A stretch of DNA of 64,000 nucleotides from Gemmatimonadota bacterium (GTDB lineage Bacteria; Gemmatimonadota; Gemmatimonadetes; Gemmatimonadales; GWC2-71-9). A program made the position numbers and the translations under genes. The DNA is taken from positions 6,025 through 70,024 of the forward strand of contig JAOTWJ010000002.1 in the NCBI GenBank assembly GCA_029862925.1, given 5' to 3'. Within the stretch, counting starts at the first letter, position 1; each line of letters opens with the position of its first letter. The notes beneath the pieces were generated by a model. It saw nothing but the letters and a program-made list of their open reading frames with translations. It searched no databases and had not been told where the DNA came from. This document shows, piece after piece, positions 1-11,107 of the stretch.

Positions 1-2450
<2,450 letters not shown>

Positions 2451-2508
2451 CGGCCGCGCGGCCAGCGGTACCCCGACCCCAGAGCGGGTGATCGAAAGGA
2501 GGCAGCAC

Positions 2509-3387
2509 ATGGCTACGGCCCCAACTCGCACCCCCACGTCCACGCGCAAGCCGCGCGCGCACGAGATCGACATGCACGGCCTCACGCATCTCGGCAAGGT
2601 GCGGAAGTCGAATCAGGATCACTTCCTGATCTGCGAGCTCAAGAAGCAGATGGACGTGCACCTTACCAGCTTGCCCGATGCCGCCGCGCTCATGGGCGCG
2701 GAGCGCCTCGCGTACATGGTGATGGTCGCCGACGGGGTCGGGAGCCGGAGCGCCGGCGAGGAGGCCAGCCGCCGGGCCCTCCACGGGATCACGCAGTACG
2801 TCATCCAGGCGCTCCGCTGCTACTACACGGCCGACTCCACCGACGAGACCGCGTTCGCGGAAGCCCTCCAGGGATCGGCGCTCCAGGTGCACGCGGACCT
2901 GGCGAAACTCGCGGAGGAGGATCCCGAGCGTCGCGGGATGGCCACGACGCTGACCCTCTGGATTGGCGTGTGGCCCAAGGCCTATCTCGTCCAGGTGGGG
3001 GACAGCCGGTTCTACCTCCTGCGCAAGGGCGAGCTCACCCAGGTGTCGCACGATCAGACGATGGCGCAGGAGCTGATCGATCAGGGCGTCTTCACGCGCA
3101 CCGACGCGTTCAACACTCGGTGGGCGAACGTGCTGTCCAGCTCGCTGGGCGGGCAGCAGAGCGCGCCCGTCGTCACCCAGCTGGAGCAGGACTGGGGGCA
3201 AGTGGGGCTGCTGTGCAGCGACGGCCTCACCAAGCATGTGAGCGACGAGCGCATCAAGGAGCGGCTCCTGCAGATGACGACCGCCAAGCAGACCTGCGAG
3301 GACCTCCTCCAAGACGCGCTCGACGGCGGCGGCAGTGACAACATCACCATCATCGTGGGCCGTGACATCAAGAAGGACCCCGACTGA
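2509..3387 (+). CDS. PP2C-family Ser/Thr protein phosphatase
   Basis: Motifs KSNQDHF, VADGVGS, CSDGLTKHV and GGSDNITIIV are present. The ATG at 2509 follows an AAAGGAGG RBS (2495-2502) by 6 nt. The GTG at 2488 in the ORF track is less likely. The gene lies 59 nt downstream of the kinase. Confidence 0.9.
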   Translation: MATAPTRTPTSTRKPRAHEIDMHGLTHLGKVRKSNQDHFLICELKKQMDVHLTSLPDAAALMGAERLAYMVMVADGVGSRSAGEEASRRALHGITQYVIQALRCYYTADSTDETAFAEALQGSALQVHADLAKLAEEDPERRGMATTLTLWIGVWPKAYLVQVGDSRFYLLRKGELTQVSHDQTMAQELIDQGVFTRTDAFNTRWANVLSSSLGGQQSAPVVTQLEQDWGQVGLLCSDGLTKHVSDERIKERLLQMTTAKQTCEDLLQDALDGGGSDNITIIVGRDIKKDPD

Positions 3388-3398
3388 AGGGAGATTCC

Positions 3399-4439
3399 GT
3401 GAAGCGTTTGCGACGTCGGTCCGTGATTACCTTCTGCGCCGCCGCGGCCCTCGGGCTGCCGGCCGGCACCACCGCGCAGGAGCCAACTGGAGGCCCGTAC
3501 ACCGCCGCGCAGGCGACGGGCGGCGCCGCCGTCTATGGCGGCCGCTGCGCCACGTGTCACGGCCCGAACCTCGACGCGGCGGGCGTGCCGCCGCTGAGCG
3601 GGCCCGCCTTCGCGGCCGCCTGGGGCCGGGCCGACCGCTCGCTCGGCGACCTGTTCTACGTCCTGCGCACCACGATGCCCCCCGGCCGGACCGCGGATCT
3701 GCGCGAGGAAGAGCACCTCGCCGTGCTCGCGTACATCCTGCAGCGCAATGGCGTCCCGCCCGGCGATGCGCCGTTGGCGGCCGCGGGCCTCGACGGGCAG
3801 CGCTTCGTTCCCCCGGCCAGGGCCGCCGCTCCCGCCCGCGGGCCCGCGCCGGCGTTCATCGCCGGTCCGAGGGGCTTGAAGCCGCGTGGCGTGGGTCCGT
3901 CTCACGGTGACCTCCTTGGCGCCGCCGACAACCCCAACGACTGGCTGTTCCACACGCACGACTACACGGGCCGCCGGTACGTGGCCCGGAGTCAGATTCA
4001 CCGCGGCAACGTGGCGGCGCTCCGCCCGGTGTGTGCCTATCAGCTGGCGGATCTGGGCAACTTCCAGACGGGCCCCATCGTCCATCAGGGCGTCATGTAC
4101 CTCACGACGGCGCATTTGACCGTGGCCATCGACGCCGCGACGTGCCGGCCGCGGTGGAAGCACGTCTGGGAAGTCCAGGACCGTGACGTGTGGACCAACA
4201 ACCGTGGCGTCGCCGTCAAGGACGGCCGCGTGGTGCGCGCCACGTCGGACGGCTACCTCTTCGCGCTCGACGCCGCGGACGGCACGCTCCTGTGGGCCCG
4301 GCATGCCGCCTACGCCGACAGCGGCGAGACTTTCACCATGGCCCCGCTGATCTACGACGATCTCATCCTGCTCGGGCCGGCGGGAAGCGAGAACGCCATC
4401 AAGGGCTGGATCGGGGCGTTCCGCGCGCTGGCGTGGTAG
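3399..4439 (+). CDS. c-type cytochrome domain fused to a PQQ-type beta-propeller fragment (apparently 3'-truncated)
   Basis: A GTG start follows a GAAGGGAG RBS. There is a signal peptide (AAAALGLPAGTTAQ) and a CXXCH heme motif (CATCH). Quinoprotein-like propeller segments follow (LFALDAADGTLLW, GPAGSENAIKGWIGAF). The ORF ends after 346 aa, which is too short for a full propeller. Confidence 0.65.
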   Translation: MKRLRRRSVITFCAAAALGLPAGTTAQEPTGGPYTAAQATGGAAVYGGRCATCHGPNLDAAGVPPLSGPAFAAAWGRADRSLGDLFYVLRTTMPPGRTADLREEEHLAVLAYILQRNGVPPGDAPLAAAGLDGQRFVPPARAAAPARGPAPAFIAGPRGLKPRGVGPSHGDLLGAADNPNDWLFHTHDYTGRRYVARSQIHRGNVAALRPVCAYQLADLGNFQTGPIVHQGVMYLTTAHLTVAIDAATCRPRWKHVWEVQDRDVWTNNRGVAVKDGRVVRATSDGYLFALDAADGTLLWARHAAYADSGETFTMAPLIYDDLILLGPAGSENAIKGWIGAFRALAW

Positions 4440-4545
4440 GGCGCCGGACGCGGCCCCCGCCCTGCGGGCCGACGTGCGCGAGGCCGCCCCCGATTGCCCG
4501 CCGGGGACGGCCTCGACGCACCGCCTCCTCCCTGTCGCTCGTTCG

Positions 4546-5772
4546 CTACCGGTGGTTCGCCGCCGCGACCTTGAGCACCACCCGATAACGCGACTCGTGG
4601 CTCGCGAAGTCCAGTGTTTCGATCGTCGACTGCGCCGAGGCACCATCCGTTGGCCGGATCACCAGCAGCTGCGGCGTGCCGAGCACATCGTCCCGCATCT
4701 CGTTCACGATCGACAGGAACCACGTGAAGGACGCCGCATCGTCCGTCCCACCATTCAGCCGGACGTAGAGCTGATAGAGCTCGACGGCGTGCTGGAACCG
4801 CTCGACCGCACGCTCGGTGTCACCGTCCTCCTGCTCGAACAGCGCGACGGCCACCTGCATGGGCTCGAGTCCGTCACGATCCACCAGTGGCGCACCGGCC
4901 GCTGATGCGACCGGGGCGTCACCGGCATGCACGAACCGGTAGACGGGCGAGTGCGCCGTGGCCGCGGGCCCGTCGCCGTTGTGCAGCACGGCCACCGCCA
5001 CGTACGGCCGGTCGGACTCGTGGTCGACGTGCCAGGGCTTGGATTGGAGACACAGCAGCTCGAGCAGGCGCACCGTCATCCCATCCTCGGCGGCGGTCCC
5101 GACCGGGACGATCCGCAGCACGTCGCTCGTAGTGGGTGCGGGCTCGTTCTCGATATAGCGCGGAGGCAGCTCGTCGAGTACCTGCAGGCGTGTCGCCAAG
5201 GCGGCGAGCAGGTTGCGCATATCGCGCCGGGCCACCGCGTCGACCGGCGCGCGCACGGCCGAGGCGGGCACGCTTCGCAACGCGGTTGCCGCGAAGGTCT
5301 CCTCCAACTGTCGAATCTTGTTCGCGATCGCGATCCGGGTCTCAGGATCCGTCGGACCCGCGTTGCGCCAGGCCACGACGCTGCCGGGGCGGTTCCCGGC
5401 CGGCCACACGAGCTGGACGTCCCCGCGCAGCGTGGGGGTGCCGCGCGTCACCAGCTTGAGCAGCCACTGGTCGCCAGCCCGCCAGGAACCCACCCGGTGC
5501 GCTAGCTGGACGGTCCCCTGCCCTTCCGCCCGCGCCACCGGCCTGGACTTGCCCGGCGCGAACAGCAGCGCTTCCACTGTCTCATTCGTCGCCCAGGTGG
5601 CCTTGATCGCCAGCGGCCCGTTGGCCTGGACGGGAATGAGGAACTCGAAGTGGGACCCGCCGCCGAACGGGAAGTGCTGGACACGCGGTGCCTGGGCGGT
5701 TGTCGCAACGGGCAGCGCGATCAGCGCAGCGAGCGCCAACACAGCGGCGAGCCGCGGGATGTGTGTGGACAT
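4546..5772 (-). CDS. hypothetical secreted protein (408 aa)
   Basis: The ATG at 5772 follows a GGAGG RBS by 5 nt; the track's start at 5784 is a TTG that lies inside that RBS. The signal peptide is RLAAVLALAALIALPVATTAQA. The frame has high GC3 and a protein-like composition. I recognise no family. Confidence 0.7.
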   Translation of the reverse strand: MSTHIPRLAAVLALAALIALPVATTAQAPRVQHFPFGGGSHFEFLIPVQANGPLAIKATWATNETVEALLFAPGKSRPVARAEGQGTVQLAHRVGSWRAGDQWLLKLVTRGTPTLRGDVQLVWPAGNRPGSVVAWRNAGPTDPETRIAIANKIRQLEETFAATALRSVPASAVRAPVDAVARRDMRNLLAALATRLQVLDELPPRYIENEPAPTTSDVLRIVPVGTAAEDGMTVRLLELLCLQSKPWHVDHESDRPYVAVAVLHNGDGPAATAHSPVYRFVHAGDAPVASAAGAPLVDRDGLEPMQVAVALFEQEDGDTERAVERFQHAVELYQLYVRLNGGTDDAASFTWFLSIVNEMRDDVLGTPQLLVIRPTDGASAQSTIETLDFASHESRYRVVLKVAAANHR

Positions 5773-6136
5773 ATTGGCCTCCAATCACTATCGGTGAGCT
5801 CCTGTTGCGGCGTCGAGTCGCGCGCGGCGCCAATCGGATGCACCATGTTAGAACCACGGCGTCGGACGTCCGGCGACCGCCTCTTGGTCGCACATCGTTC
5901 GGTTCTCGGCCCGTCCCTCCGGGTCCCCCGCGCCGATGTCCGGGCGGAAACCGGACGACGCGCCGCTGATACCGTCCTCATCGTCAAGGGCGAAGGGCCG
6001 ACCCGGAACGGCGGTAAGGGGACGCTCGCGATCGGCAATTCCGTCCGCCGCGGGTGGCACCGAGCGGTTCCGCGTGCCATCGTGGGGAAGTGGCCGGCTG
6101 GCGGTGGCCGCCAACTGCAACGCCACGGAGGGCTGC

Positions 6137-9016
6137 GTGTACGGTTTGCACCTGCTCGGCGGTCTGTCGCTGCACGGTCCCGACGGCCCAATCAAGGCAC
6201 GCAGCGGCAGTCAGCGCCGCCCGTTGGCGTTGCTCGCCTTGCTCGCCATCGCCGGCGAGGATGGCTTGACGCGCGACCGGCTGATCGGTCTGCTCTGGCC
6301 CGAAATGGACGAGCCGCGGGCGCGCCACAACCTCTCCGACGTCGCTCACAACATTCGCCATGACCTCGGACCGGAGTGCCTCCTTACCCGGGGCGACGTG
6401 CTGTGGCTCGCGCAAACATGCGTCACGGCCGACGTCGTGCAATTCGAGGAGGCGCTGGCGCGCGCTGATCTGGAGAGCGCCTCCCGGCTCTACCGGGGGC
6501 CGTTCCTCGACGGATTCCACCTCGGTGCTGGCGCCGCATTCGACCAGTGGGTCGAACGCGAACGGCAGCGACTCGCCGCACGGTGCGCCGACGCGCTCGA
6601 CGCGCTGGCCCGGGCTTCGGCGGAGGCGGGGGACTTCGACGCCGCCGTCGCCTGGTGGCAGCAGCGCCTGTTGCACAACCCGTACTGCAGCCATGCCGCC
6701 GTGGGTTTGCTGGACGCGCTGGCCGCTCGGGGGGATCGGGCAGACGCCATCCGCAGCGCGGAAGCGCACGTGCACCGCCTGCGCCGGGAACTCGGCGTCG
6801 AACCCGACTCAAACGTGCTGCACGCGGTCGAGCGCCTGCGCAGGGCCGAGCCGCACCGCGATCCCTCGTCACGTCCACTGACGACTCCCCAGGAGCCGGT
6901 TCAGGGGACGGCGCCGGCGGACGACGATCGGCTGACACGCCGAGCGCGACGCGTACGCCGCGCCGTGGCTGGGACGGGAACGGTGCTCGTGATCGCGGTG
7001 GGCACCGCCGTCATCGTCCGCGCGGTGCGGGACGTGCCCCCGCTCGACCCCAATGCCCTGGCCGTGGCCCCCTTCCAGCTGCTGGGGGCCGGTATTGAGC
7101 CCTTCTGGGCGGAAGGCGCCGCGGAGCTGGTTGCGCTCAAGCTCGACGGGGCCGGCCCGTTGAGCGCCGCATCGATCGAAACGGTCGCCCGGCACTCGAA
7201 GTCGGCACGCGGCCGGCACGCCGCGCGACGACTGGGCATCCGCCTAGGCGCCGGCCTCGTGTTCACGGCAGCGATCGTGGCATCCGGGCCGGATTCGCTC
7301 AAAGTGGACGGCACGCTGCACGATGTCTCGACGCGACGCGTGCTCATGGAGATCTCGCTGTATAGCGATCGCGACCGGCTCGATCACGTCGCGAACGAAC
7401 TCGCCCTCGCGATCATGACGGCGATCGCCGCGGATCGTCCACTCGGTGCGTGGCGCTTGTCGTCAGTCGGTTCCACCGCCGCGACCGCGGTCCGGGCGTA
7501 TCTCGAGGCCGAGTATCATTTCCGGCGGTTCCAGCTCGATTCCGCCCGACGCGCGTACGAGCGCGCCATCGCAATCGACTCCACGTTTGCCCTGGCGTAC
7601 CGCGGACTCAGTGAAGTCGAATCCTGGGGGGCGCATGACCTCGGGCACAGTTCGGGCCACTCGCTCCGTGCCGGGGCGTTGAACCGGGGCCTCGCGCGCC
7701 GCGAGAGCCTGTTGATCGTGGCGGATTCCGTCAGAGCCGCTCTCGAGGAGCCCGGCGATCTCCCGGCCCTGGAACCCCTCCGCCAGCGTCTCTTCAGCAC
7801 CGTCGACGCCGTGCGCAAGGCCTACCCCACCGATCCCGACGCGTGGTTCCGGTATGGGGACGCCAAGTTCCACTGCGGCGTGACCGCTGATGCGACGGGC
7901 GAAGAGAGCCGTGACGCGTTCAGCCGGGCACTGACGCTCGACCCGTCGTTCGCCCCGCCGTACATCCACCTTATCGAGCTGGACTTCATGCAGCCGGGCG
8001 AACATGCCGCGCGGTCCGGGCTCGAGCAGTTCCTCGACCTGCGGTCGTCCGGTACCTGGGCGGACGCCGTGCATCTCCTGGCCGATCTCCTCTCGCCCGC
8101 GGCCGAACGTCGCGCCAACGGTGCGCGGCGACTGGACTCCCTGACGACCATCGCCGGCGCGCGCCTGCCCAGTCCATTCGCGGACGGCGACGCCACGTTG
8201 ACCCTGCATGTCGCCGCGCATCTCGCGGAACGGGGGGTGGACTCGGGCGAGATCGGGCTGCGCCTCTACCGCCGTTGGGGGTGGGCCCCCGGTCACGCGC
8301 TCGAGGCCGCGTACCGCGGGCACCTCGCGGAAGCCGTCGCCGTCTTGTACGCCAACCAACGGCCGGAGGTCACGTGGCCGTTCGACCCGCGGATCCTGCT
8401 GGCGCGGCTCGCCGTGGTGGGCGGACTCGCTCCCGACACGGCCGCGCAGCTGTTTGCCGGGATGCTGGCGCGCGGCGACTCCCTCGTGATACGGGCGTTG
8501 CCGTGGTTCGCCGAGCGCGGGGATTCGGCGTCCCTCCGCCGGGCGGTTGCGCTGCTCACGGCATCGGCGGATTCGTCGCACCGCCCCCGCGCGCGCTACG
8601 CCCGTGAGGCCGTGCGCGGGTACCTGCTGCTCCTGCAGGGAGACACCGTTGGCGGCGCGGAGGTGCTGGCGGCGTTACCACCCTGGTGCTACGGCTTTGC
8701 GTGCTACCAGGAGCAGGTTGCCGCGGCCCGCGCGCTGGCCCGGGCGGGGCACGTCAGCGCCGCCGCAGGCGTGTTCGACCGACTCCAAGTCCCGCTCGAC
8801 CGGGTCTTGCCGCCCGATTACCCCCTCGTCGTGCTGGAACACGCCCGGGTGCGGGATCACCTCGGGGAGCGCGACCGCGCCGCGACACTCTTTCGGTATG
8901 TGGCCGCCGTCTGGCAGCACGCCGATCCGACGCTGCAGCCCTACGTCATCGAAGCCCGGAAAGCCCTGGCGCGCCTCAGCGCGGAAACGCCTCCGGCAGC
9001 CCCCCGTCCACGGTGA
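6137..9016 (+). CDS. SARP/AfsR-type regulator: OmpR-like wHTH + BTAD, one TM segment, TolB-N-like and TPR-rich C-terminal region
   Basis: The N-terminus has the wHTH pattern (LLGGLSLHGPDG..RRPLALLALLAIAGEDGLTRDRLIGLLWPE..ARHNL). A BTAD pattern follows (DVVQFEEAL..YRGPFLDGF..FDQWVERERQRL..AEAHVHRLRRELGVEP). The TM segment is GTGTVLVIAVGTAVIV, followed by LAVAPFQLLG and TPR-like repeats. The GTG 6137 start was chosen because homologues begin right at the LLGG motif, and it remains uncertain. Confidence 0.75.
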   Translation: MYGLHLLGGLSLHGPDGPIKARSGSQRRPLALLALLAIAGEDGLTRDRLIGLLWPEMDEPRARHNLSDVAHNIRHDLGPECLLTRGDVLWLAQTCVTADVVQFEEALARADLESASRLYRGPFLDGFHLGAGAAFDQWVERERQRLAARCADALDALARASAEAGDFDAAVAWWQQRLLHNPYCSHAAVGLLDALAARGDRADAIRSAEAHVHRLRRELGVEPDSNVLHAVERLRRAEPHRDPSSRPLTTPQEPVQGTAPADDDRLTRRARRVRRAVAGTGTVLVIAVGTAVIVRAVRDVPPLDPNALAVAPFQLLGAGIEPFWAEGAAELVALKLDGAGPLSAASIETVARHSKSARGRHAARRLGIRLGAGLVFTAAIVASGPDSLKVDGTLHDVSTRRVLMEISLYSDRDRLDHVANELALAIMTAIAADRPLGAWRLSSVGSTAATAVRAYLEAEYHFRRFQLDSARRAYERAIAIDSTFALAYRGLSEVESWGAHDLGHSSGHSLRAGALNRGLARRESLLIVADSVRAALEEPGDLPALEPLRQRLFSTVDAVRKAYPTDPDAWFRYGDAKFHCGVTADATGEESRDAFSRALTLDPSFAPPYIHLIELDFMQPGEHAARSGLEQFLDLRSSGTWADAVHLLADLLSPAAERRANGARRLDSLTTIAGARLPSPFADGDATLTLHVAAHLAERGVDSGEIGLRLYRRWGWAPGHALEAAYRGHLAEAVAVLYANQRPEVTWPFDPRILLARLAVVGGLAPDTAAQLFAGMLARGDSLVIRALPWFAERGDSASLRRAVALLTASADSSHRPRARYAREAVRGYLLLLQGDTVGGAEVLAALPPWCYGFACYQEQVAAARALARAGHVSAAAGVFDRLQVPLDRVLPPDYPLVVLEHARVRDHLGERDRAATLFRYVAAVWQHADPTLQPYVIEARKALARLSAETPPAAPRPR

Positions 9017-11072
9017 GGATGTCGCCCGTGGTGTAGCGGAACCGATCGCTCGCCAGCAGCACTGCCAGATCCGCCACGGTCTCGGCGGGAATCAGCGACA
9101 CGCCCATCAGGTTGCGCTGCCGGTACGCCTCCAGTTGGGCCTCCACCGACACGCCGCGGCTCGCGGCCCGCTCCTCCACGAACCGCCGGAACAGCGGCGT
9201 CTCGATCTGATCCGCGTTGATCGCGTTGACCCGGATGCCGTCGGCGCCCAGCTCGACGGCGGCGACGCGTAGCGCCTGGAGCAGCGCCGCCTTGCTCCCG
9301 CCATAGGCGACCGCCTCGCGGCCGGGCGCGAGCGCGGCCTTCGACACCGACGCGACGATCGCCCCCCCCAAGCCCTGGCGCCGCATCACGGTGGCGGCGG
9401 CACCCATCGCCATCACCGCACCCAGGTAGTGCACCTCGAGCTGACGCTGCAGATCCTCGCGCCGGATGTCCGTGACGGCGGCAAACCGCGGCGGCAAGCC
9501 CGCCGTGTAGAACAGACAGTCGAGCCCGCCGTATTCCCGCACGGTGCGACGCACCAGCGCGGCCACACTGGCGTCGTCCCGCACGTCCACGCCCACGCCC
9601 ACCGCGCGGCCCGCCAATGTCGACTCGATCTCCGCGGCCGCCACCTCGGCGGCGCCGGCATCGAGATCCGCCACCACCACGTGCGCCCCGGCTTCCGCGA
9701 AGCGGCGCGCCGCCGCCCGGCCGATGCCGCTGCCGCCGCCGATCACGATCGCGATGCGGCGCGGGAGCAGCAGCGTGCGGCGCTCGTGCGCGATCGCCTC
9801 CTCCACCTTGCGCCGCTCGAGCGGCCAGTGCTCGAACTCGAACACGTCGGCATCCGGCAGAAACTCGAACCGGTCCACCGCTTCGGCGTGCGCGATGGTC
9901 TCGAGCACGGCCCGGTAACAGAGGTTCGCGGTCACGGCGCTCCGCTTGTCCTTGAACGCCGTGATCATCCCGAGCCCGGGGACCAGGACGACCTTGGCCC
10001 AGTCGGCGAGCGGCTGCTCGCCCCCCCGGGCGTGGCGATCGTGATAGGCCTGATACGCCTCTCGCTCCCGCGCGACACCCGTGCGCGCCGCCTCCGCCAG
10101 CCGCTCCGGCGGCGCGGAGAGATCCAGGTCCAGCCAGAGCGGCTGTCGGCCCGCGCGCAGGATGTGCTCCGGCGTCGCCACCCCCCGCCGCACCAGGTCC
10201 GGCACCCGTTCGGTACCCAAGGTCGCCAACACGTCCTCGGCGTCGTCGAAGTGCAGGATGACGCGGTCGTCCCCGCTCAGCGCCCCGCGCACCGCGGGCA
10301 GGACCGCCTCCGCCGCGCGCTGGCGGTCGTCGGGTCCCGGCACCGGCGTGCGCACCGCACCCAGGATGCGCCGTCCCTTGCGGCACGTCTCGAGGTACTG
10401 CTCGATCCGGCCGACCGCACGCTGCAAATGGGCATAGCAGGCGGGCGCGTCGTCCCCCCACACCACCAGCCCGTGGTGCGCCAGCGCCAGCCCGATGGCC
10501 GTGGCGGGGAGCCGCGCCACCAGCTCGCGCACGCTCGCCGCGAGGGGAAAGCCCGGGCGGGCGTACGGTACGTAGACGATCTCTCCCTCGAACAGCTCCG
10601 CCACCAGCCGTTCCGCCGTGCCGTCGGGCACGTTGGTGAGGCTCATCGTCGCGACGTCGTGCGTGTGCGCGATCACCCGGTGCGGCAGCAGCGAGTGGAG
10701 CGGGGTCTCGACGCTCGGCGTGGGGGCGTCTTGGTCGAGCATGCAGCTCGCCATGAACCGCATCATCTCCTGATCGCTCATGCGGTCCGCGGTCCCCAGA
10801 CGGCCAAGTGCGTCGAGCGAGAGCCGGGCAAACCCGCGCCGACCGATCGTGCGGAGATCCGTGCCGCTCCCCTTCACCAGGAGCGCGGTGTCGACGCGGT
10901 CGCCCACGCGATGCGGCACCTTGATCGAGGTGTTGCCGCCGCCGGGCTGCACGAGCCCGGTCTCCCGCCCGATCAGATTGGAGAGATGGACGAGCTGGTC
11001 CAGCTCGTCGCCGCCCGCCGGGCCGGCGCCCCAGGGCTCGGCGGCGCGGCGGGTCGCGGGTCGATCAGCCAT
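8976..11072 (-). CDS. bifunctional class II aldolase / short-chain dehydrogenase (rhamnulose-1-phosphate aldolase/ADH-like)
   Basis: The N-terminal half has GGGNTSIK and AHTHDVATMSL (class II aldolase/adducin type). The C-terminal half is SDR-like, with the Rossmann motif GGGSGIGRAAA and YGGSKAA (YxxxK). The start is ATG. Confidence 0.85.
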   Translation of the reverse strand: MADRPATRRAAEPWGAGPAGGDELDQLVHLSNLIGRETGLVQPGGGNTSIKVPHRVGDRVDTALLVKGSGTDLRTIGRRGFARLSLDALGRLGTADRMSDQEMMRFMASCMLDQDAPTPSVETPLHSLLPHRVIAHTHDVATMSLTNVPDGTAERLVAELFEGEIVYVPYARPGFPLAASVRELVARLPATAIGLALAHHGLVVWGDDAPACYAHLQRAVGRIEQYLETCRKGRRILGAVRTPVPGPDDRQRAAEAVLPAVRGALSGDDRVILHFDDAEDVLATLGTERVPDLVRRGVATPEHILRAGRQPLWLDLDLSAPPERLAEAARTGVAREREAYQAYHDRHARGGEQPLADWAKVVLVPGLGMITAFKDKRSAVTANLCYRAVLETIAHAEAVDRFEFLPDADVFEFEHWPLERRKVEEAIAHERRTLLLPRRIAIVIGGGSGIGRAAARRFAEAGAHVVVADLDAGAAEVAAAEIESTLAGRAVGVGVDVRDDASVAALVRRTVREYGGLDCLFYTAGLPPRFAAVTDIRREDLQRQLEVHYLGAVMAMGAAATVMRRQGLGGAIVASVSKAALAPGREAVAYGGSKAALLQALRVAAVELGADGIRVNAINADQIETPLFRRFVEERAASRGVSVEAQLEAYRQRNLMGVSLIPAETVADLAVLLASDRFRYTTGDILTVDGGLPEAFPR

Positions 11073-11107
11073 GTCGGAACGAACGGACCGAGGTGGCGGG
11101 GGGTCCG

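Noticed and set aside
2488-2508. The track's upstream GTG start for the PP2C phosphatase.
   Set aside because: The GTG lies upstream of, and its first codons run through, the AAAGGAGG Shine-Dalgarno that is correctly spaced for ATG 2509.
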